DNA of 64,000 nt from Hemiscyllium ocellatum (Eukaryota): contig NC_083437.1 of assembly GCF_020745735.1 (NCBI RefSeq), forward strand, positions 11,284,001 through 11,348,000. The letters run 5' to 3'. Position numbers and translations under genes: made by a program. The stretch's first letter is position 1; the number at the start of each line of letters is the position of its first letter. The notes beneath the pieces were generated by a model. That model saw only the letters and a list, made by a program, of their open reading frames with translations. It made no database searches and had not been told where the DNA came from. This document shows positions 1-11,939 of this stretch, in pieces.

Positions 1-199
1 GTGGTAGAATCCTGTTTGAAGATGACTGTTGTTTTAATCTTATGGATCCTCATTCACAGCTTTGTACAGACTCAAACGTTAGTTGGGTACAGAATTAGGA
101 TTCAATTTGTAACTCCACAAGATGCAATGCAACAACTCTCCCATCTCTGAAAACACGCAACTTTTCACATCCTTTCAACTTAATTTTTTTATTTTTTAC

Positions 200-378
200 T
201 TGCTATTATGAATCACTGTAAGGTAATTGTAACTTGTTTTCTCTATTTCTCAATTTTGTATGTAAGATTTGTATTTTGTAAGTAAGATGGCACCATGAGG
301 GGCATCATTGAAAGTTTTTCACAGTACTTCTGCACTTGAGAGCATGTGATAATAAACCTAATTCTAATTCTAATCTTA
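200..378 (+). mobile_element. 3' tail of Rex1/Babar-tailed non-autonomous retroposon
   Basis: T-rich tract, AAGATGGCACC, TTTTCACAGTA, CATGTGATAATAAA, then (TAATTC)n. Same tail as at 27440-27630 and 40545-40761. Confidence 0.6.
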
Positions 379-609
379 ATGACTAGAAAGCAAGGACCCT
401 CTCATATTCTTCTCACACCCCATCCAGACTTGTAATTGTGTTACTTTTAAATTAAATTCCTCTACATCTCAGTTTTAATTGAGTGACCCTATATTCTATA
501 GGTCTGCACCCCTCCTTTGTGATTCCCATGGCAGAAATGTCCCCTCAGAATCCAACTTGTCATGTCCCTCAGAATCCCCTATGTTTCACTGAGAGTTTAA
601 AAGAATGAG

Positions 610-1105
610 GGTGTTTCTTATTTAAACATGCAAGATGAGGTGGTTTGACAGGGTGGACGTTGAGAAGATGTTTCTACTTGTGGGGCATAATTGTGAACTA
701 GAAGACATAGTTGGTAATGCAGGATTACAGGGATAGGAGAGGGGAGTGGATCTGGGTGAAATGCTCTTTGGAAGGTCGCTGCGAACTCGATGGGTTGGGT
801 AGCCTGCTTCCACACTGTGAGGACTCTCTGATTCTACTGTGTGGTTCTATGAAGTTACAGACTGAGGGAACTCCCATTTAAAACTGAGGAGGGAAGGAAA
901 TTCTCCCCCCAGAGGGTCGTGAATGTCTGGAATGCTCTCCCCTTGAGAGTTGTGGAGGTTACATCACTGAAAGTATTCAATAAAGGAGATAGGTAAATCT
1001 CTGAAATATCTGGGAGTTGAGCACTGAAGGGAGGTGGCACAAAAGAGGACTCGAGGTCTGGGTAGATCAACATGATCTTATTGAATAGTGGAGCAGGCTT
1101 GAGGT
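610..1105 (+). mobile_element. CR1 LINE 3' fragment interrupted by the 3' part of an HE1-like SINE (~710-840)
   Basis: CR1 end motifs GAGGGTCGTGAATGTCTGGAATGCTCTCCC and CATGATCTTATTGAATAGTGGAGCAGGCTTGAGG. Confidence 0.7.
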
Positions 1106-1109
1106 TCAG

Positions 1110-2860
1110 AATACAATAAACAAAGAACAAAGAAAATTACAGCCCAGGAACAGGGCTGTAAACCTGACACCTATTTTCTAAGGGATCTGTAGCCCTTTGC
1201 TCCCTGCCCATTCATGGATCTGTCTATCTTAAATGACGCTATTATTCCTGGCCCTACCACCTTCGCTGGCAATGTGTTCCAGGTACCCACCACCGTCTCC
1301 ATAAATAACTTTCCATGCATATCACCCCTAAATGTTTCCCCTATCACTTTGCACTCATGACCCCTAGTAATTGAATCCTGCACTCTGGGAAAAAGTTGCT
1401 TGCTATCCATGCTGTCCACACCTCTTATGGTTTTGTAGGCCTCAATCAGGTCCCCTCTCAACAACCTTCTTTCCAATGAAAATAATCCTAATTTACTCAA
1501 ACTCTCCTCATAGATAGCACCCTCTATACCAGGCAACATCCTGGTGAACCTCCTCTGCATCCTTTCCAAAGCACTGACATCTTTTTGGTAATGTGGTGAC
1601 CAGAACTGTATGCAGTATTCCAAATGTGGCTGAACCAAAGTCTTATACAACAGTAACATGACCTGCCAACTCTTGCACTTGATACCCCGTCCGATGAAGG
1701 AAAGCATGCCGTATGCCTTCTTGACCACTCTACTGACCTGCATTGCCACCTTCAGGGAACAATGAACCTGAACACCCAGCTCTCTCTGTACATCAACTTT
1801 CCCCGGGAGTTTTCCATTGACTGTATAGCTTGCCATTGAATTGGATCTTCCAAAATGCATCACCTCGCATTTGTCTAAATTGAACTCCATCTGCCATTCC
1901 TCTACCCAGCTTTCCAATCTATCCATATTCTGCTGTATTCTCTGACAGTCCCTTTCAGTATCTGCTACTCCACCAATCTTGGTGTCATCTGCAAACTTGC
2001 TAATGAGGCAACCCATACCTTCCTCTAAATCATTTATGTATATGTGGTCCCAGCAACAAGTCCCTGTGGAACACTATTGGTCACAGGTCTCCATTTTGAA
2101 AGGCTGCCTTCCTTGACTACTTTCTGTCTCCTGTTGCCCAACCAGTTCTCTATTCACCTAGCTAGAACACCCTGGACCCCACACCACTTCACCTTCTCCA
2201 GCAGCCTATCATGGGGAATCTTATCAAATGCCTTGTTAAAGTCCATGTATATGACATTTGCATCCCCTCCCTCATCAATCAACTTTGTCACCTCTTCAAA
2301 GAATTCTATTATGTTTTTACGACATGACCTTCCCTGCATAAAACCATGCTGCCAGTCACTGATAAGCCCATTTTCTTCCAAATGGGTACATATCCTATCC
2401 GTCAGCATCTTCTCCAGCAGTTTCCCTACCACTGACATCAGGCTCACAGGTCTGTATTACCTGGATTATCCCTGCTACCCTTCTTAAACAAGGGGACAAC
2501 ATTAGAAATTCTCTAGTCCTCTGGGAACTCCCCCATGCTCGAGGATACTGTGAAGATATCTGTTAAAGCCCCAGCCAGTTCCTCTCTCACTGCCCTCAGT
2601 AACCTGGGAAGATCCCATCCAGACCTGGAGATTTGTCCACCATAATGCCTTTTAGAATATCTGACACATACTCCTTATACCGACTTGACTTAGAGTAGCC
2701 AGACATCATCACTGATCTCAACACCATCCATGTCCCTTTACTCAGCGGATACCGATGCAAAGTACTCATTAAGAATCTTATCCATTTTCTCTGACTCCAT
2801 GCATATCTTTCCTTCTTTTGTCCTTGAGTGGACCAATCCTTTCCCTCATTACCCTCTCAC
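1110..2860 (-). mobile_element. CR1 LINE ORF2 (reverse transcriptase) fragment, 5'-truncated and frameshifted
   Basis: ORF 1171-2016 (ISKFADDTKIGG...WQMEFNLDKCEVMHFG...HLEYCIQFWSPH) and ORF 2154-2447 (QHGFMQGRSC...YMDFNKAFDKIPH) are canonical CR1 RT motifs. Confidence 0.95.
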
Positions 2861-2869
2861 TAAACCTTT

Positions 2870-3180
2870 CCCATTGATTTAGCTATCCAAACTCTGTTAA
2901 ATGTTATAACTGCACTGGCATCAACCACTTCATCTGGCAGTTCATTCCACATCCGAATGACCCTCTGTGTGAAAAAGTTGGCCCTTGGGCCCCTTTTAAA
3001 TCTTCCTCCTACCACGTCAAACCTACGCCCTCTAGTTTTGGGGAAAAAAATTGCTATTCACTTTATATATACCCCTCAAAATTTTATAAACTCTATAAGG
3101 TCATCGCTCAACCTCCTCTGCTCCAGTCAAAATAGTCCCAGCATCTCTGTCCAATCTTTCCATACCACTCAAGCTTCTTA
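2870..3180 (-). mobile_element. CR1 LINE 3' fragment
   Basis: Reverse complement of the CR1 ORF2 end (CAGTTCATTCCACA...ACCCTCTGTGTGAAAAAGTTG). Confidence 0.8.
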
Positions 3181-3289
3181 GACTGTTTGCCCTCTCTGCA
3201 GTATTAATTTCAATACTTTCCCAGTGCTTTTCAATTTATTCACAAGAATGTTTTTGCTGAACATTTAAGCAGAATAAGAAAATCGAAGA

Positions 3290-4160
3290 AAGTTACCTCA
3301 GATTACAATGTGATCTCGATCATTGGGCCTATGGGCTGGAGAGTGAGTTTAATTTAGATGGAGTTTAATTTAGATAAATGCGAGGTGCTGCATTTTGGGA
3401 AAGCAAATCTCAGCAGGACTTATACACTTGATGGTAAATTTCCTAGGGAGTGTTGCTGAACAAAGAGACCTTGGAGTGCAGGTTCATAGCTCCTTGAAAG
3501 TGGAGTCACAGGTAGATAGGAGAGTGAAGAAGGTGAATGGTATGCTTTCCTTTATTGGTCGGAGCATCGAGTTGGGAGGTCATATTACGGCTGTACAGGA
3601 CTTTGGTTAGGCCAGTTTTAGAATATTGCATGCAATTCTGGTATCTTTCCTATTGGAAAGATGTCATGAACCTTGAAAGGATTCAGAAAAGATTTACAAG
3701 GATGTTGCCAGGGTTGGAGGATTTGAGCTATAGGGAGAGGCTGAACAGGCTGGGGCTATTTTCCCTGGAGCATCGGAGGCTGAAGGGTGACCTTGTAGAG
3801 GATTATAAAACCATGAGGGGCATGGATAGGGTAAGTAAGCAAAGTTTTTCACTGAGGCGAGGGAGTCCAGAACTAGAGGGCATAGGTTTAATGTGACAGG
3901 GGAAAGATGTAAAAGGGATCTAAGGGGCAACTTAGAGGGTGGTACGTGTGTGGAATGAGCTGCCAGAGGAAGTGGAGGAGGCTAGTACAATTACAGCATT
4001 TAAAAGGCATCTGCATGGGTATGTGAATAGGAAGGGTTTGGAGGGACATGGGCCGGGTGCTGACAAATGGGACTAGATTAAGTTGGGAAATCTGGTTGGC
4101 ATGGACGAGTTAGATCGAAGGGTCTGTTTCCATGCTGTACATCTCTTTGGCTCTATGACT
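3290..4160 (+). mobile_element. CR1 LINE 3' fragment
   Basis: ORF 3537-3896 (LYRTLVRPVLEYCMQFW...RLGLFSLEHRRLKGDL); 3' UTR ends in CTCTATGACT. Confidence 0.93.
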
Positions 4161-4184
4161 CGATTAGAAACACTTTAATATCTA

Positions 4185-4400
4185 GAAATCTATTTATCTA
4201 TCTTGATCATATTCAGTGATTGAGCTTCCTTGAGGGTAGAGAATCCCAATGATGTATCGTCCCTGAATTAAGAAATTTCTCCTCATCTCAGCCCACAATG
4301 GCCTGCCCTCAGCCTGAGGCTGTGTCCCCTAGCTCCATAACCCAAATCAGGATCAACATCTTCCCTGCATCTGATCAGCTGAATTTTCTATGTTTCAATA
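4185..4400 (-). mobile_element. degenerate CR1 3' fragment
   Basis: GGTAGAGAATCCCAA...AAGAAATTTCTCCTCATCTCAG, antisense CR1 end. Confidence 0.6.
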
Positions 4401-5077
4401 GGAAAGAGCTTTTTTTTGGTTCAAAGTAAATTCTTGAGACTGAGAAGCATTATGTGTTGCACTATTCCAAAACAATAACAATGTCTTTTTTTTGTTTTTG
4501 TGACCAGAACTGTGCACAGTCTTAAAATGGAAAATGCACAGCGCAGTTTCCAAACTGCAGCATGTAACAGCAAAGGATTCTTTCTCTTCAAACAAGATGG
4601 TGCATTAAAACCACAATGAGTCATTCACAGATTAGCTCGGATAATGGCAGATTTACATATTTGACAATGTCCTAGAAAAAACCGTTAAGATTTGAGGTAG
4701 CAACCATCCTCAAAATACAATTGGAACTCCACATCCCCTGGTATAGAGAAGTACTTAGTCACAATGAGTGTTCCATTTGCTTTTAATGACATCTGACAGA
4801 TAAACTATCTTATTCAATTAAAAATAGTCAAATGCAAATTCACTTAACAAAATGTCATCAGTCAACCCAATATAGTACAAAGTGTTACTTCACATGTTAT
4901 TATGAAATTATATCTGGCGGAAACAATCTAATCTGACAGGACACTGACAATACAAAAATATAAATCACACACAGAGCCTGCCCACCGACTTCAATGCACA
5001 AGTCAGGCATGTGATGGAATACTCCCCACTTGTCTGGATGGATGTCAGGAAGCTTGACACCATCCAGGTCAAAGCAT

Positions 5078-5265
5078 GCTTTGGAGACTCCAGTATTAGA
5101 CTGGGATGTACAAAGTTCAAAATCACACACCAGGTTATAGTCCAAAAGGTTTATTTGAAAGCACAAGCTTTTGGAGACAACCACCTGATGAAGCAGCAGA
5201 GCTCCGAAAGCTAGTGCTTCCAAATAAACCTGTTGGACCATAACCTGGTATTGTGTGATTTTTAA
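5078..5265. mobile_element. Penelope-like (PLE) fold-back pLTR remnant, family 2
   Basis: Inverted arms AAAATCACAC..CCAGGTTATAGTCCAA..GGTTTATTTG / CAAATAAACCTGTTGGACCATAACCTGG..GTGTGATTTT. 14-bp TSD CCAG(G/A)TCAAAGCAT at 5064-5077 and 5266-5279. Confidence 0.85.
5182..5216 (+). ncRNA. minimal type I hammerhead ribozyme motif (PLE-associated)
   Basis: CAC-CTGATGA-a-GCAGC-aga-GCTCC-GAAA-GC-TA-GTG: intact core, stem I CAC/GTG, stem II with one mismatch, palindromic AGCT in place of stem III. Confidence 0.75.
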
Positions 5266-6294
5266 CCAGATCAAAGCATCCACTCCCTCCACCACCAATG
5301 CTCAGTAGCAGCAGTGTGTTCTATCTTCAAGATGCACTCCAGAAAGATCCTCAGACAGTACTTTCCAAACAACTTCCATCTTGGAAGATAAGGGCAGCAG
5401 ACACACCAGTATCTGTAGGATACCCTACAAGCCACTCATCATCCTCACTTGAAAATATACCACAGTTCCTTCACTGTTGCTGGGTCAAAATCCTGGAATT
5501 CCCTCCCTCACAGCATGTGGATGTACCTACAGCACATGGACTGCAGCGGCTGAAGAAGGGAGCTCATCGCCACCTTCTTGTGGGCCCAGTCAGCAATGTC
5601 CATGTCCTAGAAATGGTCAGACTGGGAGTGGGATGGAGAATTAAACTATCAAGTGACTTGAAGCTGGGCATCGTATTTGAGATCTGAACAGAGATGTTCA
5701 GCAGAGTTACCATGCAATTTGTGTCAATTCTGTTCCTGCGAAAGGAAAGATATATAATGAACTAGGCTACTTTCGTTATAAAATTAGTGTTAGTCTCAGA
5801 CCAAAAGTGTTGGGATAAGACACTGAAGAGGTTACTTAAAGCTGACTACATTGAGGTCAGTGCATAACAGCTCCAGGAAAAAGTCATCTTCTGTCTGATC
5901 TAAAAGGAAGTCACTTGTGACCTAAACCTTCTGAGATGTTAGATACAGAGACTCTGATGTGAGGATTGCATCAGTGGCTTGTTAGGTATTTCACAAGGAG
6001 TGTGTTTTGGTTGCTATACCAGAGCTATTTTGTTTCTTTTCTATTCAGAACAGCATGTTTTTTTTAATTAATGAGATTATATTTTTGCTGTGTGTATAAA
6101 AATCTATGAATTTTTGATTAAATGGATGATTTTGTCTTGTGCAATTTATTTGCACTCCTTTTATCAATAAACTACTCTATTGTGATAGCAAAATCTGCAG
6201 CATTGTGTGCTTGTTTCAGTGAGAGACTTCTTTGTCAAAACCAAACAAATCATGATATGATCGATCAATAAATTCACTACCATGAAGAAATACA

Positions 6295-7140
6295 GGGAGA
6301 TGATGACCCAGTAATATGATCATGAGACCATTCATCCAGAAACTCAGGTTATTGAGACCCGGGTTCAAATCCAACCATGATAGTTGGTGGAATTTGAATT
6401 TAATAATAATCCAGGGTCAATCAATTGCCAATGGTTGGAAAAATCCATCTGATTCACTAATGTCCTTCAGTGAATGAAACCGCCATTCTTACCTGGTTTG
6501 GCCTAAAGAGATCCACAGCAATAATGGTTCATTCTTAAGGGATCTTATTGAAACATATGAAATTATGAAGGGAATAGATAAGTTAGAAGCAGGGAGGTTG
6601 CTTCCATTGGCAGGTGAAACTGGAACTAGGGGGCATAGCCTCAAAATAATGGGGAGCAGATTTAGGACTGAGCTGAGGAGGAACTTTTTCACCCAGAGGT
6701 TTGTAAATCTGTGGAATTCCCTGCCCAGTGAAGCCGTTGGGGGCTAGCTTGTTGAATTTTTTAGAGCAAAGGTAGACAGATTTTTGAACAGGAGAAAGTG
6801 AGGACTGCAGATGCTGGAGATCAGAGCTGAAAATGTGTTGCTGGAAAAGCGCAGCAGGTCAGGCAGCATCCAAGGAACAGGAGATTCGATGTTTCAGGCA
6901 TAAGCTCTTTTGAACAGGAAAGGAATTAATATTTATAGTGAGCGAGAGGGTAAGTGCAGCTGAGTCCATGAAAAGGTCAGCCATGATCTTATTGAATGGT
7001 GGAGCAGGCTCGATGGGCTGAATGGCCTACTCCTGCTTCAGCTTTTACGTTCTTATGCTAACTGCCCTCTGGGTAATTAGAGATGAGCAATAAATGTTGG
7101 TCCAGCCAGTGATGCCCACATCCATGAATGAATAAAAAAA
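6295..7140 (+). mobile_element. tRNA-derived SINE split by a CR1 3' fragment (~6540-7035), which is itself split by a PLE piece (6794-6907)
   Basis: B-box GGTTCAAATCC at ~6362; SINE tail GAGCAATAAATGTTGGTCCAGCCAGTGATGCCCACATCC..GAATAAAAAAA resumes after the CR1. PLE piece flanked by TTTTGAACAGGA (6782-6793, 6908-6919). Confidence 0.8.
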
Positions 7141-8324
7141 CACATCAAGGTAGGTGCCTGTATAGAGTCCTTTAATGTGCAGTAATGGGATCATAACTCT
7201 GCTTTAATTTGGAGAAAGTGAGAGATTCCGCCAGACCGAGGAGGATAGAGGCCTTTACTTGATGAGATCTTGGGGTTTTTGAGTACAAAAAGGATAATGG
7301 TTCAGAAATCACTGGAATCACTCTGTGCTGAACATAATAAGCCTCCAGTTGCTCCTGGATTTAATTGAAAATCAGCTGCTGGAAATTCCGGGTTCTTCCT
7401 GATTTCCTAAACTTTTTGGAGGATATCAGCTGACTGATTGTACAAGCAAAAGCAGACTGTGTTGGGAACAGTGAACCAAATCAGGACTGTCTGGTCCACG
7501 AGTTTTTCCTGGGCACAGAATGATGAAGTCTCACTGTGTATCGTTCCGCATTTACTTTCTAATCAATGGTGCATTGATTTGTAATTCTAAGGTGCTGTAG
7601 AGATGTGTTTATAGTCAGTAAACACCCTGTACAATTACCGGATTTCTTTGTCAATCAGACAATGGTTTTACTTCATCCTACCTCCTTGTGTCAATTCTTA
7701 GAGAACTGTACACTGCCAAAAAAAAATTCAAACACATGAAAAAATCTTCCCTCTTCGGTACAAGAATTGTATTGATTAAGCAATTATGAAACAATTTGTT
7801 TTTAAGCCAACAGCATGTATCAGCATTTATATGAATAAATCACTCTGGTCTCAAAGGTCAACTTCTCTGCTTTACAGAGTATTTCGTGGAGAAGACTCAA
7901 GTTCGATAATTATTAAATGTACGTCACACATTCAGCAACTGTTTTATCATTACACTTGCTGTCATTTTTCCTCACCTATGTGTTCTGCCAGGAGCCATGC
8001 TGGGATTCCAGCGATTTAATAACACAGGACTCAAAGTGATCTGCAGTGTAGCTGGTTACACAAACCCTACAGCACTGATTAATGCTCGTCTCTTAAACAG
8101 GAACTGCTCCAAAACTTTCCAAGATTTTTCTTTAATGATAGCCAGGAGCTCTGCTGACACCTATATCGGTAAAATCCACATCCCAATACAGGGATGAGAT
8201 ATGGCACAATATCACAGATACACGTTTGGTATATACTTCACCTTCCTTCACAATTAAACTGCTTCATAGTGGTCTATTAAGCAAGAGAACAACTTATCAC
8301 AGGAAGAGCTTTCCTCTGTATCAT

Positions 8325-10948
8325 GGATTGTATTATAGACCCCCAAATAGTCAACAGGAAATTGAGGAACAAATTTGTAAGGAGATTTTGGTTATCTGTA
8401 AGAATAATGGGGTGGTTATGGTTGCGGGGATTTTAACTTTCCAAACATAGACTGGGACTGCCATAGTATTAAGAGTTTAGATGGAGAGGAATTTGTTAAG
8501 TGTGTACAATAAAGTTTTCTGATTCAAAACTTGACCTACTCTTAGGAAATAAGGCAGGTCAGATGACTGAGGTGTCAGTGGTTTGGGGGGGGGGGGGAAC
8601 CACTTTGGGGCCAGTGACCATAATTCTATTAGTTTTAAAATAGTGATGGAAAAAGATAGACCAGATAGAAGTTGAAGTACTAAATTCAAAAAAGGCCAAT
8701 TTTGACGGTATTAGGCAAGAACTTTCAAAAGCTGATCGGGGGACAGATGTTCGCAGGTAAAGAGACGGCTGGAAAACAGGAAGCCTTCAGAAATGGGATA
8801 ACAAGAGTCCAGCGACAGTACATTCCTGTCAGGGTGAAAGGCATGTCTGGTAGGTGTAGGGAATGCTAGATGACTAAAGAAATTGAGATTTTGGTTAAGA
8901 AAATGAAGGAAGCATATGTCAAGTACAGACAGGAGAGATTGAGAGAATCATTAGAAGAGTATAAAGGTAGTAGGAGTATACTTAAGAGGGAAATCAGGAG
9001 GGCAAAAAGGGGACATGAGATAGCTTTGGCAAATATGGTTAAGGAGAATCCAAAGGGTTTTTATAAATACATTAAGGACAAAAGAGCAATGAAGGAGAGA
9101 ATGGGGCCCCTCAAATATCAGCAAGGCTCCCGTGTGGAGCAGCACGAGATGGGGAAGATTCTGAATGAGTATTTTGCATCAGTATTTACTGTGGAGAAGG
9201 ACATGGAAGATATAGGATGTAGGGAAATAGATGGTGACATCTTGAAATATGTTCCTATTACTGAGGAGGAAGTGCTGGCTGTAGTGAAATGTATAAAAGT
9301 AGATAAATCCCTAGGACCTGATCAGCTGTACCGTAGAACACTGTGGGAAGCTAGAGAAGTGATTGCTGGGATATTTGTATTATCGATAGTCACAGGTTAA
9401 AATGCGGAAGACTGGACCTTGTCTAACGTGATGCCACTGTTTAAGAAAGGTGATGAGGAAAAGATAGGGAACTATAGACCAGTGAGCCTGATGTCAGTAG
9501 TGGGCAAGCTGTTAGAAGGAATCCTGATGGACAAGATTTACATGTATTTGGAAAGCTGAAAATGTGTTGCTGGAAAAGTGCAGCAGGTCAGGCAGCATCC
9601 AAGGAACAGGAAATTCGACATTTCGGGCATAACCCGGGCTTATACCCGAAACGTCGAATTTCCTGTTCCTTGGATGCTGCCTGACCTGCTGCGCTTTTCT
9701 AGCAACACATTTTCAGCTCTGATCTCCAGCATCTGCAGACCTCACTTTCTCCATGTATTTGGAAAGGTAAGGACTGATTAGGGAGAGTGAGTATGGGTTT
9801 GTGCATGGGACATCATGTCTCATGACCTTGACTGAATTTTTTGAAGAAATAACAAAGAGGCTTGATGAGGGCAGAGTGGTGGATGTGATCTACATGGACT
9901 TCAGGAAAGCGTTCCTCATGGAATAAAGGGAGAACTCACCATTTGGATACAGAATTTGCTCAAAGGTAGAAGACATGGGGTGGTGGTGGTGGGTTGTTTT
10001 TCAGACTGGAGGCCTATGACCAGTGGAGTGCCACAAGGATCAGTGTTGGGTCCACTAGTTTTTGTCATTTATATAAATGATTTGGGTGTGAACATAGGAG
10101 GTATAATTAGTAGTTTGCAGATGACACCAAAATTAGAGTTGTAGTGGACAGGGAAAGTCACCTCAGATTATAATGGGATCTTAATCAGATGGGCCAATGG
10201 GCTGAAGAGCGGCAGATGGAGTTTAATTTAGATAAATATGAGGTGCTGCATTTTGGAAAAGCAAATCAGAGCACTTTATGGTGAGGTCTTAGGGAGTGTT
10301 GCCGAATACTGCAGTTTTATAGTTCCTTGAACATAGAGTTGATGATAGGATAGTGAAGAAGGTGTTGGTGTGCTTTCCTTTATTGGTCAGAGCATTGGTC
10401 ATTGGTTAGGCCACTGTTGGAATATTGCATGCAATTCTGGTCTCCTTCCTATTGGAAAGATGCTGTGAAGCTTGAAAGGGTTCAGCAAAGATTTACAAAG
10501 GCATTGCTGGGGTTTGAGGGTTTGAGCTACAGGGAGAGGCTGAATTGGCTGGGGCTGTTTTCCCTGGAGTGTTGGAGGCTGAGCGGTGACCTTATAGAAG
10601 TTTATAAAATCATGAGAGGCATGGGTGGAATAAATAGGCAGAGTCCTTTCCCTGGGGTCGGGGAGTCCAGAACTAGAAGGCATAGGTTTAGGGTGAGAGG
10701 GGAAAGATATACAAAGGACCTAAGGGCCAACTTTTTCACACAGAGGGTGGTGCGTGTATGGAATGAGCTGCCAGAGGAAGTGGTGGAGACTGGTACAATT
10801 AAAAGGCATCTGGATGGGTATATGAATAGGAAGGGTTTAGAAGGATATGGGCCAGATGTTGGCAGGTGGGACTAGATTAGGTTAGGATATCTGTTCAGCA
10901 TGGACCGAAGGGCCTGTTTCTGTGCTGTACATCTTTATGACTCTATGA
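8325..10948 (+). mobile_element. CR1 LINE ORF2 fragment (endonuclease C-terminus, linker, RT, 3' UTR), decayed
   Basis: [65 protein letters not shown]; many stops and frameshifts. Confidence 0.95.
9556..9751. mobile_element. PLE fold-back pLTR remnant, family 1
   Basis: Near-perfect ~75-bp inverted arms centred on GGGCATAACCCGGGCTTATACCC, plus a single-copy tail. 15-bp TSD CATGTATTTGGAAAG at 9541-9555 and 9752-9766. Confidence 0.9.
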
Positions 10949-11044
10949 ACCAGCAACACCAGTGTTGATATGATCACCCATTACTCTGTGTTATAATGAC
11001 CATCACAAAGTCCACTGGTGTCATCTGTTACTTTCTGCAAAAAA

Positions 11045-11200
11045 AGAAAGATTTATATTCACATAGCACCACTCACAACCTTATGACGCCCCAATCGATC
11101 TTAAAGCTGATGAACTTGTTTTGAAGCATAGTCACTGTCTTTATAATGGAATATGACAGACAATCTGTGTCCAGGAAGCTTCCACAAACAGCAGTATGTT
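11045..11200 (-). mobile_element. Deu-domain-type SINE, 3' part
   Basis: ATAGCACC..CACAACC..GAAGCATAGTCACTGT..CCACAAACAGCA resembles the antisense 3' region of AmnSINE/SacSINE-type DeuSINEs (from recall). Confidence 0.55.
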
Positions 11201-11214
11201 AATTATCTTGTGTG

Positions 11215-11500
11215 TGGAGTTCTACAGCACAGAAACAGACCCTTTAGTTCAACAAATCCACGTTATCCTTAATCCCAAACTAAACTAGTTCCATCTGCCC
11301 TGCACCTGGCCCATATCCCTCCAAATATTTCTTATTCATGTGCTTATCCAACTGTCTTTTACCTGTTCTAACTGTTCCCATATCCACCATTTCCACACAC
11401 GAACCAGTCCCTGTGCAAAAAAAAAGCCCCTTGTGCCTTTTATTAAGTCTTTCTCCTCTCATTTAAAAATATGCACACTAGTCTTGAAAAACCTCACCCT
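11215..11500 (-). mobile_element. CR1 LINE 3' end
   Basis: ORF 11280-11462 (RQLDKHMNKKYLEGYGPGAGQ). Confidence 0.85.
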
Positions 11501-11600
11501 CATGAAACCAGGGGAGGTCAGATGCACAATGTAACTATAGAGCGGTTTTAACACAAGTCTTTTCAATGTCACTGTTTATTCACGTCATAATAGCTAAGTA

Positions 11601-11808
11601 CAGTCGGTTCTGATATAACCTGATAGTTCTCTTCTCGAGCAATCTTGCATTGTGAGAAAAGAAGGCAATAGCCACACCATGTAAACTAATGGGACATTAT
11701 CGCCAATACAGGCAAGGAAAGATTGCATTCTACAAATAAAACTCTAAATTCTTCAATTGTGTTAAACAATTCTTGCTGAAGAAACATGCATTAGAACAGA
11801 ACTGACTA
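11601..11808. mobile_element. Tc1/mariner-pogo-like MITE
   Basis: TA|CAGTCGGTTCTGATATAAC ... TTAGAACAGAACTGACTA: imperfect terminal inverted repeats starting CAGT after TA. Confidence 0.6.
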
Positions 11809-11939
11809 CACTCAGACATCCCACAAGGTTTCTCTCTTCAGAATCTCTCCATCATCATGTGATTGATGACATTCTCGCTGACATTGCTTTCCTATTTATA
11901 TAATCAGGTGTTAACCCTTTCCTTCACATTCCACTTCAC

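Larger units (their letters stand above)
4975..5612 (+). mobile_element. CR1/L2-group LINE 3' fragment (second family, 'VMEYSPLAWM'), interrupted by a PLE palindrome
   Basis: MEYSPLVWM...KLDTIQ and HGLQRLKKGAHRHLL. Same family at 41180-41840, 45910-46510, 60880-61460. Confidence 0.85.

Noticed and set aside
1171-2016. 281-aa ORF as a host gene or domesticated RT
   Set aside because: C-terminal part of CR1 ORF2 with disrupted upstream sequence; ordinary LINE debris.
5773-6280. Possible solo LTR (also 28180-28562 and 29520-30240)
   Set aside because: LTR-like composition only; I could not find convincing TG..CA termini with a TSD or a second copy.
7992-8168. Possible plus-strand coding exon (AG|GAGCCATG...ATCG|GT)
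   Set aside because: Open frame but no recognisable homology, a weak donor and no partner exons. The opposite strand gives an equally plausible pair of splice sites with stops.
9556-9720. miRNA precursor or DNA-transposon MITE (long hairpin)
   Set aside because: Asymmetric tail, hammerhead-derived centre and 15-bp TSD identify an inverted PLE pLTR. Small-RNA production cannot be excluded but is unsupported.
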